A stretch of DNA of 32,000 bases from Desulfocapsa sulfexigens DSM 10523 (GTDB lineage Bacteria > Desulfobacterota > Desulfobulbia > Desulfobulbales > Desulfocapsaceae), in the NCBI RefSeq assembly GCF_000341395.1, contig NC_020304.1, positions 3,090,001 through 3,122,000 of the forward strand. The letters are read 5' to 3'. The notes below the pieces were generated by a model. That model did not search any database. It worked only from the letters and a program-made list of their open reading frames with translations, and was not told where the DNA came from. Positions within the stretch are counted from its first letter, which is position 1. Each line of letters opens with the position of its first letter. This document shows positions 1-9,767 of this stretch, piece after piece. The translations under genes were made by a program, and so were the position numbers.

Positions 1-2
1 AG

Positions 3-140
3 GTTCATTGTCTGGACAATGTTGACCAAGTGTTGGAAAAATCGCTTGTATTAAAAGATGGTGAAACTCTGTTTAAGGATGTGCCGCATTCCTCTGTATA
101 TAGTGACTTTACACTGTCTTCACATAATAGTCCTCATTGA
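3..140 (+). CDS. lon: C-terminal fragment of a CDS truncated by the window start, probably ATP-dependent Lon protease
   Basis: Open frame from position 3 to TGA at 138-140 reads VHCLDNVDQVLEKSLVLKDGETLFKDVP..., resembling the Lon C-terminal 'I/VHxVDxVDxVLExAL' ending. Only 45 aa are visible. Confidence 0.5.
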   Translation, partial: VHCLDNVDQVLEKSLVLKDGETLFKDVPHSSVYSDFTLSSHNSPH

Positions 141-199
141 TCTTTTTTGCTTGACGCCTTTGGGCCTTATTGGTAAATAGATGTGCACGATGATTGAGG

Positions 200-275
200 G
201 GGCGGTTAGCTCAGCTGGGAGAGCATCGGCCTTACAAGCCGAGGGTCACAGGTTCGATCCCTGTACCGCCCACCA
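200..275 (+). tRNA. tRNA-Val (anticodon UAC)
   Basis: GGGCGGT...ACCGCCC acceptor stem, CGGC-CTTACAA-GCCG anticodon arm with TAC, GGTTCGATCC T-arm, encoded ACCA 3' end. Confidence 0.96.
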
Positions 276-302
276 CTCAATATTGTAGACTATGTCTAAT
301 CT

Positions 303-379
303 GGAGCGGTAGTTCAGTTGGTTAGAATACCGGCCTGTCACGCCGGGGGTCGCGGGTTCGAGCCCCGTCCGCTCCGCCA
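303..379 (+). tRNA. tRNA-Asp (anticodon GUC)
   Basis: GGAGCGG...CCGCTCC acceptor stem, CCGGC-CTGTCAC-GCCGG anticodon arm with GTC, GGTTCGAGCC T-arm, encoded GCCA 3' end. Confidence 0.96.
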
Positions 380-389
380 GATATATTAA

Positions 390-423
390 GGGTTTCAGCC
401 GAATTGGTTGAAACCCTTTTTTT
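390..423 (+). terminator. Rho-independent terminator after the tRNA pair
   Basis: GGGTTTCA / TGAAACCC stem followed by TTTTTTT. Confidence 0.85.
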
Positions 424-503
424 GTTTTGAGCCTTTTCCTATTCATTTCTTCAAGGAATGCCGGCTATCTCTGATGTCTGGTAGAAAAAACTAGAAAGGT
501 GGT

Positions 504-812
504 TTAGCCGCGGTGGATTGCGTATATTTTTGAATGCGAGAATTCTACTAATTCTCCAATGTCGACAATCAATTCCATTTGACCTGGGGGACCTTTGTAG
601 ACATGGTGGGTTGCCGCACCATGGCAGGTGTTCCCAAAATCCGTACTGGAATGAACTTCTATTGTTAGATATTCTGAAAAATCAGTCTCAACACCAACTA
701 TTTCACCATCATCGGGTAGTCTGGACATATTAACTGTGCCGCTTGCTGAACCTGTGATCATTACACGTGCCTTACGTTCTCTAAGAATTAGATTAATATT
801 TCTGTATGGCAT
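504..812 (-). CDS. Hypothetical protein, 102 aa
   Basis: ORF MPYRNINLILRERKARVMITGSASG...; no family recognised. The overlapping plus-strand ORF has lower plausibility. Confidence 0.45.
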   Translation of the reverse strand: MPYRNINLILRERKARVMITGSASGTVNMSRLPDDGEIVGVETDFSEYLTIEVHSSTDFGNTCHGAATHHVYKGPPGQMELIVDIGELVEFSHSKIYAIHRG

Positions 813-1077
813 TCCGGGGTTCTCCTAAGTTAAAAAATTATTTTTTTCATCTTCAAAAAAAAGGCTGCAAGGCGAGATAGCAGAGTACATTGGTACTAGA
901 TACTTACAACACCTATTCTGTTACCATGGCTGCTCCATTATTTGTATAGGCGGAATGCTTATTATGCTTTTTATTATACGTTGTCTTGTGAAAATAATTT
1001 GTTGAAACAGTCCGCTTAAAGTGGAGATAATTTTACTTTTGTTCGGCTGACTGTTTAGTTTGATACAACTAACAGGT

Positions 1078-2046
1078 CTACTCCTTCTCGCTGAACTGCA
1101 GAACAAGATCCTGAAAACTTTCTGGTGATGAGAGGCAGGTCCGTCCTTCACTGCATCTACTGAGGAGAAAGCAAAAATCGAGAAATTCATCAATTAATCG
1201 AGTCTTTGCTTTATTCTTATGCTGAATAACATAGAGTTGTCGCAGCATATCCACTCCATCGAGATGGATTTTCTGGAGCCAGCCACGATTGATTGCCCTG
1301 CATACGGTCAGACTTGAAAGGCAGCCAACCCCTGCACCAGCTTCAACAGCCTTTTTAATAGCCTCAGTATGACCTAACTCCATCACCACGTTGAGGTCTG
1401 TTACATACTTACCAAGTTTGCTTTTGAATATTTGGGCTGTTCCTGATCCCGCTTCACGCATTACCCATTTGAATTTTTTTATGTCGGTTGTGACATCACA
1501 GACTTCTTCTGGTTCTGTGTTTTTGGTACAGCGAGTGATAAGAACAAGTTCGTCTTGAAACCAGGGGGTTACGGCAACCTGTTCGTTGTTCACCTCACCT
1601 TCTACAAAGCCCAGGTCAACTGCACGGTCAATAATTAGTTTTTCTGCTGTTTTGGTATTATAAACCAGCATATTGAAATGAACATCGGGATGCATACTTT
1701 TAAAAGCTGTTATCAGATAGGGTAAGACGTAGTTACCTATAGTAGAACTGGCCACCAGATTCAGAGAACCTGCAAACTGACCATCCTTCTCATTCATCAA
1801 GCTGTCGAGGTCTTCTAATTTGTCGAGTATTTCTCGGCTGAGGGGAAGAAAGTACCGGCCTCTGTCGTTTAGTTCCAGGCTTCTTCCAGAACGATCAAAC
1901 AGTGACCCACCAAGCTGATTTTCCATTTCATTCAAGGCAAGGCTCACAGCCGATTGAGTAATAAAAAGGCTCTGAGCAGCTCTCGTGACTTGACCTGTTT
2001 CAACAACTGCATTGAATATTTCAAGTTGGCGTATTGTTACTGACAT
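1078..2046 (-). CDS. LysR-family transcriptional regulator
   Basis: N-terminal HTH 'TIRQLEIFNAVVETGQVTRAAQSLFITQSAVSLALNEMENQLGGSLFDRSGRSLELNDRGRYFL', then a LysR substrate-binding domain. Confidence 0.95.
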   Translation of the reverse strand: MSVTIRQLEIFNAVVETGQVTRAAQSLFITQSAVSLALNEMENQLGGSLFDRSGRSLELNDRGRYFLPLSREILDKLEDLDSLMNEKDGQFAGSLNLVASSTIGNYVLPYLITAFKSMHPDVHFNMLVYNTKTAEKLIIDRAVDLGFVEGEVNNEQVAVTPWFQDELVLITRCTKNTEPEEVCDVTTDIKKFKWVMREAGSGTAQIFKSKLGKYVTDLNVVMELGHTEAIKKAVEAGAGVGCLSSLTVCRAINRGWLQKIHLDGVDMLRQLYVIQHKNKAKTRLIDEFLDFCFLLSRCSEGRTCLSSPESFQDLVLQFSEKE

Positions 2047-2306
2047 AGAAATGCACTCCTGGAGCTGTGGTATTAGTATTCCTAATGTTATGCGCTTCTG
2101 GCATAAAACATATTAACAGGAAAGAGAGAAGTGGCACTATAAAATTGAACAAATCAGCTAGTGAAAAATCTTCAAACACATTTCTTTATAAAAAGACCGA
2201 AACAAGAAGCATTTGATGAAGCCAATTTGATGAACATCTATTTGTGAGGCTACGGTGGTTAAAAATTGATGAGGAAACAGAGAGGGGAATTATAAAAACG
2301 TTTGTT

Positions 2307-2921
2307 TCAAAACTCCTGATTCTCATTTTTCTGAGTGATATTCTTCAGGGCCAAAGGTGATTGGTCATTGTATAGCAGTTGTTGGCAATAATTTAAGTAA
2401 GGATCTTCGTCGATTGAAAAAGAATTGGATAGAAAACATTTGATACATGAACGTGCCTTACGAAGTTCTCCCTGTCCTATGAAGCAATGGGCACGTTCAT
2501 AGATTAATCGTGGAGAAATACCATATCGCTTCTCAATAATGGATAGTTCTTCCAACATTTTCTCATATTCCCCTTTCTCTCTTAGTGAAATGAGATTCAT
2601 GATCTCACTATTCAGTAATTTCTGACTGTGGTCTTCCTGCCTTTTATATCCCAAAAGAATATCAACCAGAGAATCACCTGTCTTGTTTATGGAGAATGTG
2701 ACAATGAGCGCGCACGGTAGACAGATTAGAGCGAGCACTATTACTGCAAAAAAGAAATAAAAAAAATCAGTTCTGTGTGCTAAACAGTATACTGTTAAGA
2801 TAACAAAAAGTGCGGCAAAAATAGACAAATATGCTCTCGCAAACAGCGATCCAGTACCGCTTGTTACTAAACTATAAAAATCCTGCCATAGCGGAATGTG
2901 TCTGCGAGATCTTTTGGTCAT
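2307..2921 (-). CDS. Hypothetical membrane protein with two predicted TM segments and a soluble, possibly TPR-like, C-terminal region
   Basis: Hydrophobic stretches 'AYLSIFAALFVILTVYCLA' and 'FFYFFFAVIVLALICLPCALIVTF', followed by a helical tail. Confidence 0.7.
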   Translation of the reverse strand: MTKRSRRHIPLWQDFYSLVTSGTGSLFARAYLSIFAALFVILTVYCLAHRTDFFYFFFAVIVLALICLPCALIVTFSINKTGDSLVDILLGYKRQEDHSQKLLNSEIMNLISLREKGEYEKMLEELSIIEKRYGISPRLIYERAHCFIGQGELRKARSCIKCFLSNSFSIDEDPYLNYCQQLLYNDQSPLALKNITQKNENQEF

Positions 2922-3010
2922 ACACTCCCTGTGATTAACAAACCGTTTCAGTGTTTACCTGTAGAAGATGTGAAATACGGTTAAAAATGTCTAGAAATTA
3001 TGCTTCTCTT

Positions 3011-5437
3011 TTAAACTGCAAAATAATGTGCCTGCGGATGATGGACAACCATGGCAGAGACACTGAGTTCCGGAACCATTTCCATTGAAGAGCTGAGTGT
3101 CACGCCGATATCGTTTGCCTGTAAAAGTTCGAAAAGCGGTTGCTGTAGATCAAGATCCGGACATGCAGAGTAACCAAAGCTGTAGCGTTGCCCTGTTGCC
3201 TCAATTGCAAGTTCCTGACGCATGAGGTTATGAGTGTGCTGAGCTAGAGCTTCAGTGGCTTCCACGCCGTATCCGTGGAGGAGTAGATATTCATGATATT
3301 TGTTTTGGGAATAGAGTTCCTGACAGATTGCATTGAGTTTTTCGCCAAGTGTTACAACAAAAAAGCCGACCAGATCATTTCCCTGCTCTTCTGTTCTGAA
3401 AAAGTCGACGAGACTTTGGTTTGGCTCTCGTCTTTGCCGTGGTAATGAGAAAGAAATTTCTTTATCCTTATGGCTAACTATGAGGCTTTCTCCAAGGCGG
3501 GTGCATGGAAACCAGCCATAGCGGATCTTCGGTTCGAAGAGCTTTTCAGAAATAATTTTATGGTGGATTGCTTCGAATTCCGGAAAAACTGTAGTGTCGA
3601 GTAGTTTTTGATAACCCGTTTCGTCGAGTTTTCCGCGTCTATAGCCCCAGCGACCGCGAAAAAGAATTTGTTTATTTATAAGGGGCAGGAAGTCAGCCGG
3701 ATCGGCGGCAACGGTGTTTATACCAGTAAAAGGTGGGGTTGGAATAGTACCAAGTGTTTCAATAGGGGACTTTTTCTTTCCCTTGGTGTCAGACGTATTG
3801 GGTTGTGTCTCTTCCCAACTGCTTGATTCTAATACACCTTTCTCGTAATCCTGAATGGCTTTTAAACCTGAAAAGGCATCACGACAATAAATGACGGGCG
3901 CATCATAGAGAGGAGCGCAATCCAGGGCAACGAATTTGCGTGTCAGGGCTGCTCCACCAAGAAGTATAGGCTTTTTGAGTCCTGCTGCCCTATACTTGGT
4001 CATGCTCTCCTGCATGATCATGGCGGATTTAACAAGGAGACCGCTGAGGCAGATAATATCAATCGAAGGGTTGTTTTTGACAGTATCAATGATGGTTTCA
4101 GCACTAACCTTGATCCCGATATCAATAACCCGGTAGCCGTTATTAGAGAGAATGATATTGACCAGATTTTTACCAATATCATGGACGTCTCCCTGGACGG
4201 TGGCAAGCAGCACACATGCTGCATCGGATCTATCATTTTTATCCATAAAAGGTTCAAGGATATCAACGGATTTTCGCATCACTTCAGCAGATTGCAGAAC
4301 AAAGGGGAGAAGCATTTCACCTGATCCAAACAGAACACCAACTTCACGCATGGCGGCAACCAGATGCAGATTGACGATTTCCAGTGCGGAGTAGCGATCA
4401 AGGAGCATGCGGAGGATGTCAGGCAGGTCCTGTTGGTTACCGAGCATGATACGTTCTCTTATCATCTCCTCAGGGGTGGCGTCTTTCTTCTCTTCTGTGT
4501 TAGCAGCAATATCATGGTCTTCAAAATATTTGATATAGGCCATGAGTGGTTGATCGTTAGTGTCTGTGCGATCATAGAGAAGATCAAGAGCAAGAACAAC
4601 GGCCTCCTTATCGATTGAATCCAGACTGATGCAGTTTGTGGGGTCAATGATAACAGCATCGAGGCCTGCTGCAACTGCTTCATGAAGGAATACCGCATTT
4701 AAGACTTTCCTTGCGGGAACTGGAAGGCCAAATGAGATATTTGAAAGTCCAAGAATAGTATGACACCCTGGAAGTTCTGCCTTTATGCGTTTGATTGCCT
4801 CAAGAACCTGCACTGCAGCATTTCTCAATTTTTCATCACCGGATCCTACGGTAAAAGTAAGTGGATCAAAAAAAAGAGAATCCGCACTGATGCCGTGTTT
4901 TTCAGTAACAAGTGAATAGATACGTTCTGCAATTTTGAATTTAGTGTCACAATCCATTGCCATCCCATTTTCATCTATGGTGAGGGCTGTCACACAGGCG
5001 CCATATTTTTTGACTGAGTTGCAGATGGTATCAAGATTTTTGCCGCCATCTTCAAGGTTGATGGAGTTTACAATCGCCCTGCCAGGATAGGATGCTAGTC
5101 CCTTTTCTATAACGGCAGGAGATGTGGAATCGATCATGAGTGGTGCTTTCAGCGTCTTACCGTACATCTGAACAAGTGTTACCAGATCTTTTTCTTCGTC
5201 ACGTCCTGCCCAGGCAGCACTGAGGTCTACAACATGGGCACCGAGACGTTCCTGATCAATTCCAACCTGAAGGCAGCCTTCGTAATCATCTGCTATGAGA
5301 AGTTCCCGGAATTTTCTGGATCCAGTAGGGTTGGAGCGTTCGCCTATTATGAGAGGTCTTGGTTGCTGTTGAATGTCAACCGCCTGATAAAGGCTTGCGA
5401 TCTGATTGAGTGTAGTGTTGTTCACCTGTCTTTTCAT
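3011..5437 (-). CDS. metH: Cobalamin-dependent methionine synthase, folate-binding, B12-binding and AdoMet activation modules
   Basis: Pterin-binding start 'RPLIIGERSNPTGSRKF', cobalamin-binding 'VQGDVHDIGKNLVNIILSNNGYRVIDIG', and C-terminal activation-like region 'RYSFGYSACPDLDLQQPLFELL'. Confidence 0.93.
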   Translation of the reverse strand: MKRQVNNTTLNQIASLYQAVDIQQQPRPLIIGERSNPTGSRKFRELLIADDYEGCLQVGIDQERLGAHVVDLSAAWAGRDEEKDLVTLVQMYGKTLKAPLMIDSTSPAVIEKGLASYPGRAIVNSINLEDGGKNLDTICNSVKKYGACVTALTIDENGMAMDCDTKFKIAERIYSLVTEKHGISADSLFFDPLTFTVGSGDEKLRNAAVQVLEAIKRIKAELPGCHTILGLSNISFGLPVPARKVLNAVFLHEAVAAGLDAVIIDPTNCISLDSIDKEAVVLALDLLYDRTDTNDQPLMAYIKYFEDHDIAANTEEKKDATPEEMIRERIMLGNQQDLPDILRMLLDRYSALEIVNLHLVAAMREVGVLFGSGEMLLPFVLQSAEVMRKSVDILEPFMDKNDRSDAACVLLATVQGDVHDIGKNLVNIILSNNGYRVIDIGIKVSAETIIDTVKNNPSIDIICLSGLLVKSAMIMQESMTKYRAAGLKKPILLGGAALTRKFVALDCAPLYDAPVIYCRDAFSGLKAIQDYEKGVLESSSWEETQPNTSDTKGKKKSPIETLGTIPTPPFTGINTVAADPADFLPLINKQILFRGRWGYRRGKLDETGYQKLLDTTVFPEFEAIHHKIISEKLFEPKIRYGWFPCTRLGESLIVSHKDKEISFSLPRQRREPNQSLVDFFRTEEQGNDLVGFFVVTLGEKLNAICQELYSQNKYHEYLLLHGYGVEATEALAQHTHNLMRQELAIEATGQRYSFGYSACPDLDLQQPLFELLQANDIGVTLSSSMEMVPELSVSAMVVHHPQAHYFAV

Positions 5438-6372
5438 CTCAACACCTCACTGCGATCAGCAGGAACAGCACCCTGTAAGGCTTTGACTAAGCCTTTGATA
5501 TGGGCAGGAGAAGTCCCGCAACAGCCTCCAACAATAGAGACACCTTTTTTGGTTACAAAATCATACATATGTTTTCCGAATTCTTCAGGTGTTAAAGGAT
5601 AGTGGGTTTTTCCGTTAACAACTTCAGGCATGCCCTGATTTGGAATGCAGGAGATGCGCTCTTTCCAGTTTTTACACAGATAATCGATATGAGGTTCCAT
5701 ATCCGTTGGGCCAGTCGCACAGTTGAGCCCGAGGGAAAAGACAGGGAAGGGGGCTATGGTAGCGCACACTGCACCAATGTCAGTACCAACCAGCATGGTG
5801 CCCTGTTGTTCAAAGGTTACAGATGCCAGGACTGGAAGGTCGACTCCAGTCTTTTCAAGGAGATCAAAACAGGCAATAAGTGAAGTTTTTATCTGAAGGA
5901 GATCCTGGCATGTTTCAACGATCAGGGCATCAACTCCGCAATCAAGCAGGGTGACGACCTGTTCAGTGACTGTCGCTGTTAGAGCTTCTGGAGATATATG
6001 ACCAAGAATGGGGAGTTTGGTCGTGGGGCCGACGGAGCCGACAATATACCTGGGGTGTTCCGGGGTGGAAAATTCCGCTATGGCCCTTTTTGCATTAGCC
6101 ACGGCAGCACGGTTGATTTCCTGGACACGGTTTTCAAGCCCATATTCTGATAAAACTACCGAGGAAGAGCCAAAGGTGTTTGTTTCAATGACCATGGCTC
6201 CTGCCTGAAGAAATTTTCTGTGGAGTTCGACTATGGTATCTGGATCGGAAATATTGAGGTATTCATTGCAGCCTTCAAGGCCATCCCAGGCCTTTGCGTC
6301 AATCTCCATTGTCTGAAGTGTTGTTCCACAGGCGCCATCAAATATTAAAAGGGGTTCTTCTGAAAAAGTCAT
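5434..6372 (-). CDS. metH: Homocysteine S-methyltransferase domain protein (N-terminal module of MetH encoded separately)
   Basis: 'LLIFDGACGTTLQTMEID...NTFGSSSVVLSEYGL' and zinc-site motifs 'LNCATGP' and 'VGGCCGTSPAHIK'. Confidence 0.92.
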   Translation of the reverse strand: MTFSEEPLLIFDGACGTTLQTMEIDAKAWDGLEGCNEYLNISDPDTIVELHRKFLQAGAMVIETNTFGSSSVVLSEYGLENRVQEINRAAVANAKRAIAEFSTPEHPRYIVGSVGPTTKLPILGHISPEALTATVTEQVVTLLDCGVDALIVETCQDLLQIKTSLIACFDLLEKTGVDLPVLASVTFEQQGTMLVGTDIGAVCATIAPFPVFSLGLNCATGPTDMEPHIDYLCKNWKERISCIPNQGMPEVVNGKTHYPLTPEEFGKHMYDFVTKKGVSIVGGCCGTSPAHIKGLVKALQGAVPADRSEVLR

Positions 6373-6820
6373 AATTTATCTATCGGTTGTTTTGCTTGGA
6401 CTTGGATACGGCCATGTTTGTCATTTTCTCTGAATGCTTTTTATTTTCGAGAGAGAAATTTTCAAGTTTCATCCTGATCTTGATTGGAGGAATAGATTTT
6501 CATTTGTCTAAAGGCGAAAACATAATCGAAAAAAGACGAAATACGAGTCCTTTTTATAGCTGATTCAAGATAGAGGTGAGGCTGGAACATTTATCAGGGA
6601 CAAACAGGGGGGGAATCCAGCAGAATTTAACCTGGAAGGAGAGTGATACTGTCATGAATCTTTAGCAAAGTGCAGCTTGTGATTTTGTGGCAATGGACTG
6701 GTGTCAGGGGAAGGCAAGGTCTTGATAAGAACAGAGGGCAATGTTCACCATGTGACTATATGAAAAATAACAGAATTTGGTGAACATTACGCCTTTGCTG
6801 CTGCAATCCGTCGCATGTGT

Positions 6821-7216
6821 TTAACAACCAACAGTTAGTTTTTTCTCGATTTTTACAGCCGTTGGTGTGTCGCTACCAGTGGAATGCCAGATCTTTACCT
6901 TATCCCCTTTCTCAATTTCTTTTGGTGAAGTGTAGCCAACCAGAACAGTGTTCCAGTCAAGAAGAATGGTGCTTTTTTCGCCATTATTCAGTTGCAGGAG
7001 GATGGACTGTTGTTCAGGGTTGAACTGTTTGATTTTTCCCTCAATAAGTTGCACATCAGAACTCTCAGCAACGACGTTACTGTCGTTTCCTGCAGCAACA
7101 ATGGTGGCGGGGATAAGAGAAATAAGAAGGGCAAATACTATAAGATATAACGAAGTGTGTTTGCATATGGAAAGTTTCATAGGTGTTCTCCTGTAGCTAA
7201 ACTTTTCTAAAGACAA
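6821..7216 (-). CDS. Predicted secreted/periplasmic hypothetical protein, 131 aa
   Basis: Hydrophobic signal-like segment 'SLYLIVFALLISLIPATIVAAG', then a small beta-rich domain 'IEGKIKQFNPEQQSILLQL...GDKVKIWH'. Confidence 0.7.
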   Translation of the reverse strand: MSLEKFSYRRTPMKLSICKHTSLYLIVFALLISLIPATIVAAGNDSNVVAESSDVQLIEGKIKQFNPEQQSILLQLNNGEKSTILLDWNTVLVGYTSPKEIEKGDKVKIWHSTGSDTPTAVKIEKKLTVGC

Positions 7217-7291
7217 CGTATTCAGGTAGTGAAAGATATTCCCTTAAAGCCGTTGTGATAGCTATACTATATGACCTGCTGCCACATTGTG

Positions 7292-7534
7292 CTAGTTGTT
7301 TTGTGGGGGGGAAGTTTTTTTGTCAGGATGATGAAGGCTTTCTTTGAGTAACAGAGCAACTTTCTCTCCGCATCGTTTCGACTTGCAGGAGCCTCCACCA
7401 ATACCTGTTATTTTTGCAATTTCTTCAAAGCTTGTGGCGCCATCCTCGATTGCTTTTAATATTATATGAAGTTTGATTCCTTTACATATACAACCAGGTT
7501 TCATCCGTACGAGTAATTCTTCTTCTGTTATCAT
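7292..7534 (-). CDS. BFD-like [2Fe-2S]-binding domain protein, 80 aa
   Basis: Cys pattern 'CICKG...GGGSCKSKRCG' in a BFD-like helical context ('LHIILKAIEDGATSFEEIAKITGIGGGSC'). Confidence 0.75.
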   Translation of the reverse strand: MITEEELLVRMKPGCICKGIKLHIILKAIEDGATSFEEIAKITGIGGGSCKSKRCGEKVALLLKESLHHPDKKTSPPQNN

Positions 7535-7542
7535 GATACGAT

Positions 7543-9354
7543 TTACTTGTTTTGTGGGTGGAAATGTTGATGTATTACAAATGCTGTCTCCTTCCCTATG
7601 CCCTTAACTTGTGAAAGTTCATCAAGGGATGCCTCTCGAATTCGTTTTACGCTGCCCAATTGTTTGAGAAGTTTCCTTTTCCTGCCAGGGCCAATGCCCG
7701 GGATAGTGTCAAGAACAGATGCAATGGATACCTTGGCGCGTAATTTTCTGTGAAATGTTACTCCAAAACGATGTGATTCATCACGAATGCGCATGATGTA
7801 CAGGAGAACGGGATTATGACTTTTGAGGAGTATCGGATTCTTCCGTCCGGGTTTGTATAACTTTTCTCCCTCTGTGTTTTTTTCTTTGGCAATGCCTATC
7901 CAGTCAAGTTCGTCCCGTATCCCGAGTTCATCGGCCACACGCAGAGCAATTCCAAGTTGTCCACGTCCGCCATCAACTATAAAGAGATCGGGGAGATTGT
8001 TTTCAGCAATGCCACGTTTGAAACGGCGTTGAAGAACTTCTTCCATCATTGCATAATCATCAGGGCCATGGACAGTTTTAATAGCATAATGTCTGAAATG
8101 ATCCTTAGCCGCCTCACCATTTTTGTAACAAACCAATGACCCCACGGCCTGTTTGCCGCTGGTGTTTGAGATATCGAGGCATTCTATATGGTTTGGGATA
8201 TGGTCAAGACGTAAAAGTTTTTCCATTGAAGCTGAAAGGCCCTGCCAGGATCGTTCTTTCTTTTCTTTTTCATCAAAAACATGGGCAGCATTGGTATTGG
8301 CCATTGTGACAAGTCGTACCCGATCACCGCGTTGAGGAATGGTGAGGCCAACGGTTGCACCAATGAGTTCTGAAAATCTTTCTGCAAGGATTACAGAGTC
8401 CTCGATTGGAAAGGGAAGGAGAATCTCTTTTGCAGGTAAAGCTTTTCCATCGTAGAACTGGTTTAGAGCCTGAGAGAGGATGATGGCGTCACTTTCCATA
8501 GGATCATTGAAGAAGAAATTACGACTTCCGGTTATAAGGCCTTCACGAATAAAGAGTATTGCAATGGCGATGGAAGTGCCCTGACGACAGTATCCAAACA
8601 CATCCTGATTTTTAAAGCCCGATGATGCAATAATTTGTTTTTCAAGGGTTCTTGAGAGAGCACTGATCTTGTCCCGAAGTTCTGCTGCAAGTTCAAAGTG
8701 AAGGGTGTCCGATGCTTTCATCATTTCCTGACGAAGTTCATCGATGAGACTCGTATTTTTGCCCTCTAGGACCATAAGTACTTTTTTAACCTGATCCTGA
8801 TACTCTTCCTTATCTGCGATATTGACACAGGGACCGAGACATCTCCCAATCTGCAGATTGAGACAGGGGCGTGTTCTCAGTTTGACAGTGTTGCCCTTGC
8901 ATTTTCGTAAAGGGAACATATCTGCAAGTAACCGCAGGGTGGCCCACATTGAGGAACTTGAAGAATAGGGCCCAAAGTATTTTGCACCATCCTTTTTGCG
9001 TCTGCGAGTCATGTGGACTCTGGGCCAGGTGTCCTGTACCGTAACTTTTATGAGGGGGTAATTTTTGTCATCTCGAAGGAGAATGTTATACTTGGGCTTA
9101 TGCTTTTTAATAAGTGATGCTTCAAGGATTAACGCCTCCTTTTCAGTGGCCGTAAGAAGGGTATCAACTCTGATAACTTTGGAGAGCATTACGGTTGTTT
9201 TGTTATGATCTGCCCCTGTGAAGCGAGTGTATGAAGTCAGCCTGTTTTTGAGATTTTTCGCCTTGCCAACATACAGTACACGCGATTGTTTATCGAGCAT
9301 TCGATAAACGCCTGGTGTTGTGGGCACGGTTTTTAAAAAATTTATCGGAAACAT
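7543..9354 (-). CDS. uvrC: Excinuclease ABC subunit C
   Basis: GIY-YIG domain 'TTPGVYRMLDKQSRVLYVGKAKNLKNRLTSY', UvrC endonuclease region 'ECLDISNTSGKQAVGSLV...IVDGGRGQL', C-terminal HhH 'LDTIPGIGPGRKRKLLKQLGSVKRI'. Confidence 0.98.
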   Translation of the reverse strand: MFPINFLKTVPTTPGVYRMLDKQSRVLYVGKAKNLKNRLTSYTRFTGADHNKTTVMLSKVIRVDTLLTATEKEALILEASLIKKHKPKYNILLRDDKNYPLIKVTVQDTWPRVHMTRRRKKDGAKYFGPYSSSSSMWATLRLLADMFPLRKCKGNTVKLRTRPCLNLQIGRCLGPCVNIADKEEYQDQVKKVLMVLEGKNTSLIDELRQEMMKASDTLHFELAAELRDKISALSRTLEKQIIASSGFKNQDVFGYCRQGTSIAIAILFIREGLITGSRNFFFNDPMESDAIILSQALNQFYDGKALPAKEILLPFPIEDSVILAERFSELIGATVGLTIPQRGDRVRLVTMANTNAAHVFDEKEKKERSWQGLSASMEKLLRLDHIPNHIECLDISNTSGKQAVGSLVCYKNGEAAKDHFRHYAIKTVHGPDDYAMMEEVLQRRFKRGIAENNLPDLFIVDGGRGQLGIALRVADELGIRDELDWIGIAKEKNTEGEKLYKPGRKNPILLKSHNPVLLYIMRIRDESHRFGVTFHRKLRAKVSIASVLDTIPGIGPGRKRKLLKQLGSVKRIREASLDELSQVKGIGKETAFVIHQHFHPQNK

Positions 9355-9499
9355 AAGTACTTTGCATCGCTGTGGTGAACGCGGATTGTATCAATAAGCA
9401 AAAACACATTAATTACAATAGCCGTCTATTACAAGGACAGGGACTGGAGCTTTACAAAAAATACGATTTTGAGTATAAGAATTGTACAAATACATATTT

Positions 9500-9665
9500 T
9501 TTCAGGTGCCGTCTGAGGACGGTGAAAAGGGAATACGGTGTGAATCCGTAACGTTGGGCCAGCGCTGTATGCGGGGACAATGGTCACATAGAAGTCACTG
9601 TCGAAATATTTGACGGGAAGGCGTGGCCGGAGGATGATCCGCAGAGTCAGAAGACCTGCCAGGAA
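9500..9665 (+). promoter_or_regulatory. Cobalamin (B12) riboswitch aptamer
   Basis: AGGTGCCG..., AAAAGGGAATACGGTGTGAATCCG, GTCACTG...CGGGAAGGC, and B12-box AGTCAGAAGACCTGCC at 9645-9660, in the canonical order. Confidence 0.93.
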
Positions 9666-9689
9666 AAAAAGGATAACGTCGTCCGTACC

Positions 9690-9729
9690 AAGTCCGTATT
9701 ATGCCATGTGCATAGTACGGACTTTTTTT
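9690..9729 (+). terminator. Intrinsic terminator hairpin, candidate riboswitch expression platform
   Basis: AAGTCCGTATTATGC-CATGT-GCATAGTACGGACTT (15-bp stem with one G-U) followed by TTTTT; lies between aptamer and start codon. Confidence 0.88.
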
Positions 9730-9767
9730 ATGCCCAAGCGGAAATATAATACGTAGGAGAAATGTGA

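Noticed and set aside
246-446. 66-aa ORF over the tRNA genes
   Set aside because: Overlaps tRNA-Val, tRNA-Asp and the terminator; composition is that of a spurious tRNA-derived ORF.
1000-1070. AAACAGTC...GACTGTTT inverted repeat downstream of the LysR gene
   Set aside because: 8-bp arms with a large loop and no clear T-tract; insufficient to call a terminator.
6720-6731. Minus-strand TTCTTATCAAGA upstream of split metH resembles the start of a SAM-I (S-box) riboswitch
   Set aside because: The S-box core motifs (GGCCCNATGAA, GCAACC, CTAAATCC) do not follow, so the match looks coincidental. The ~450-nt gap remains unassigned.
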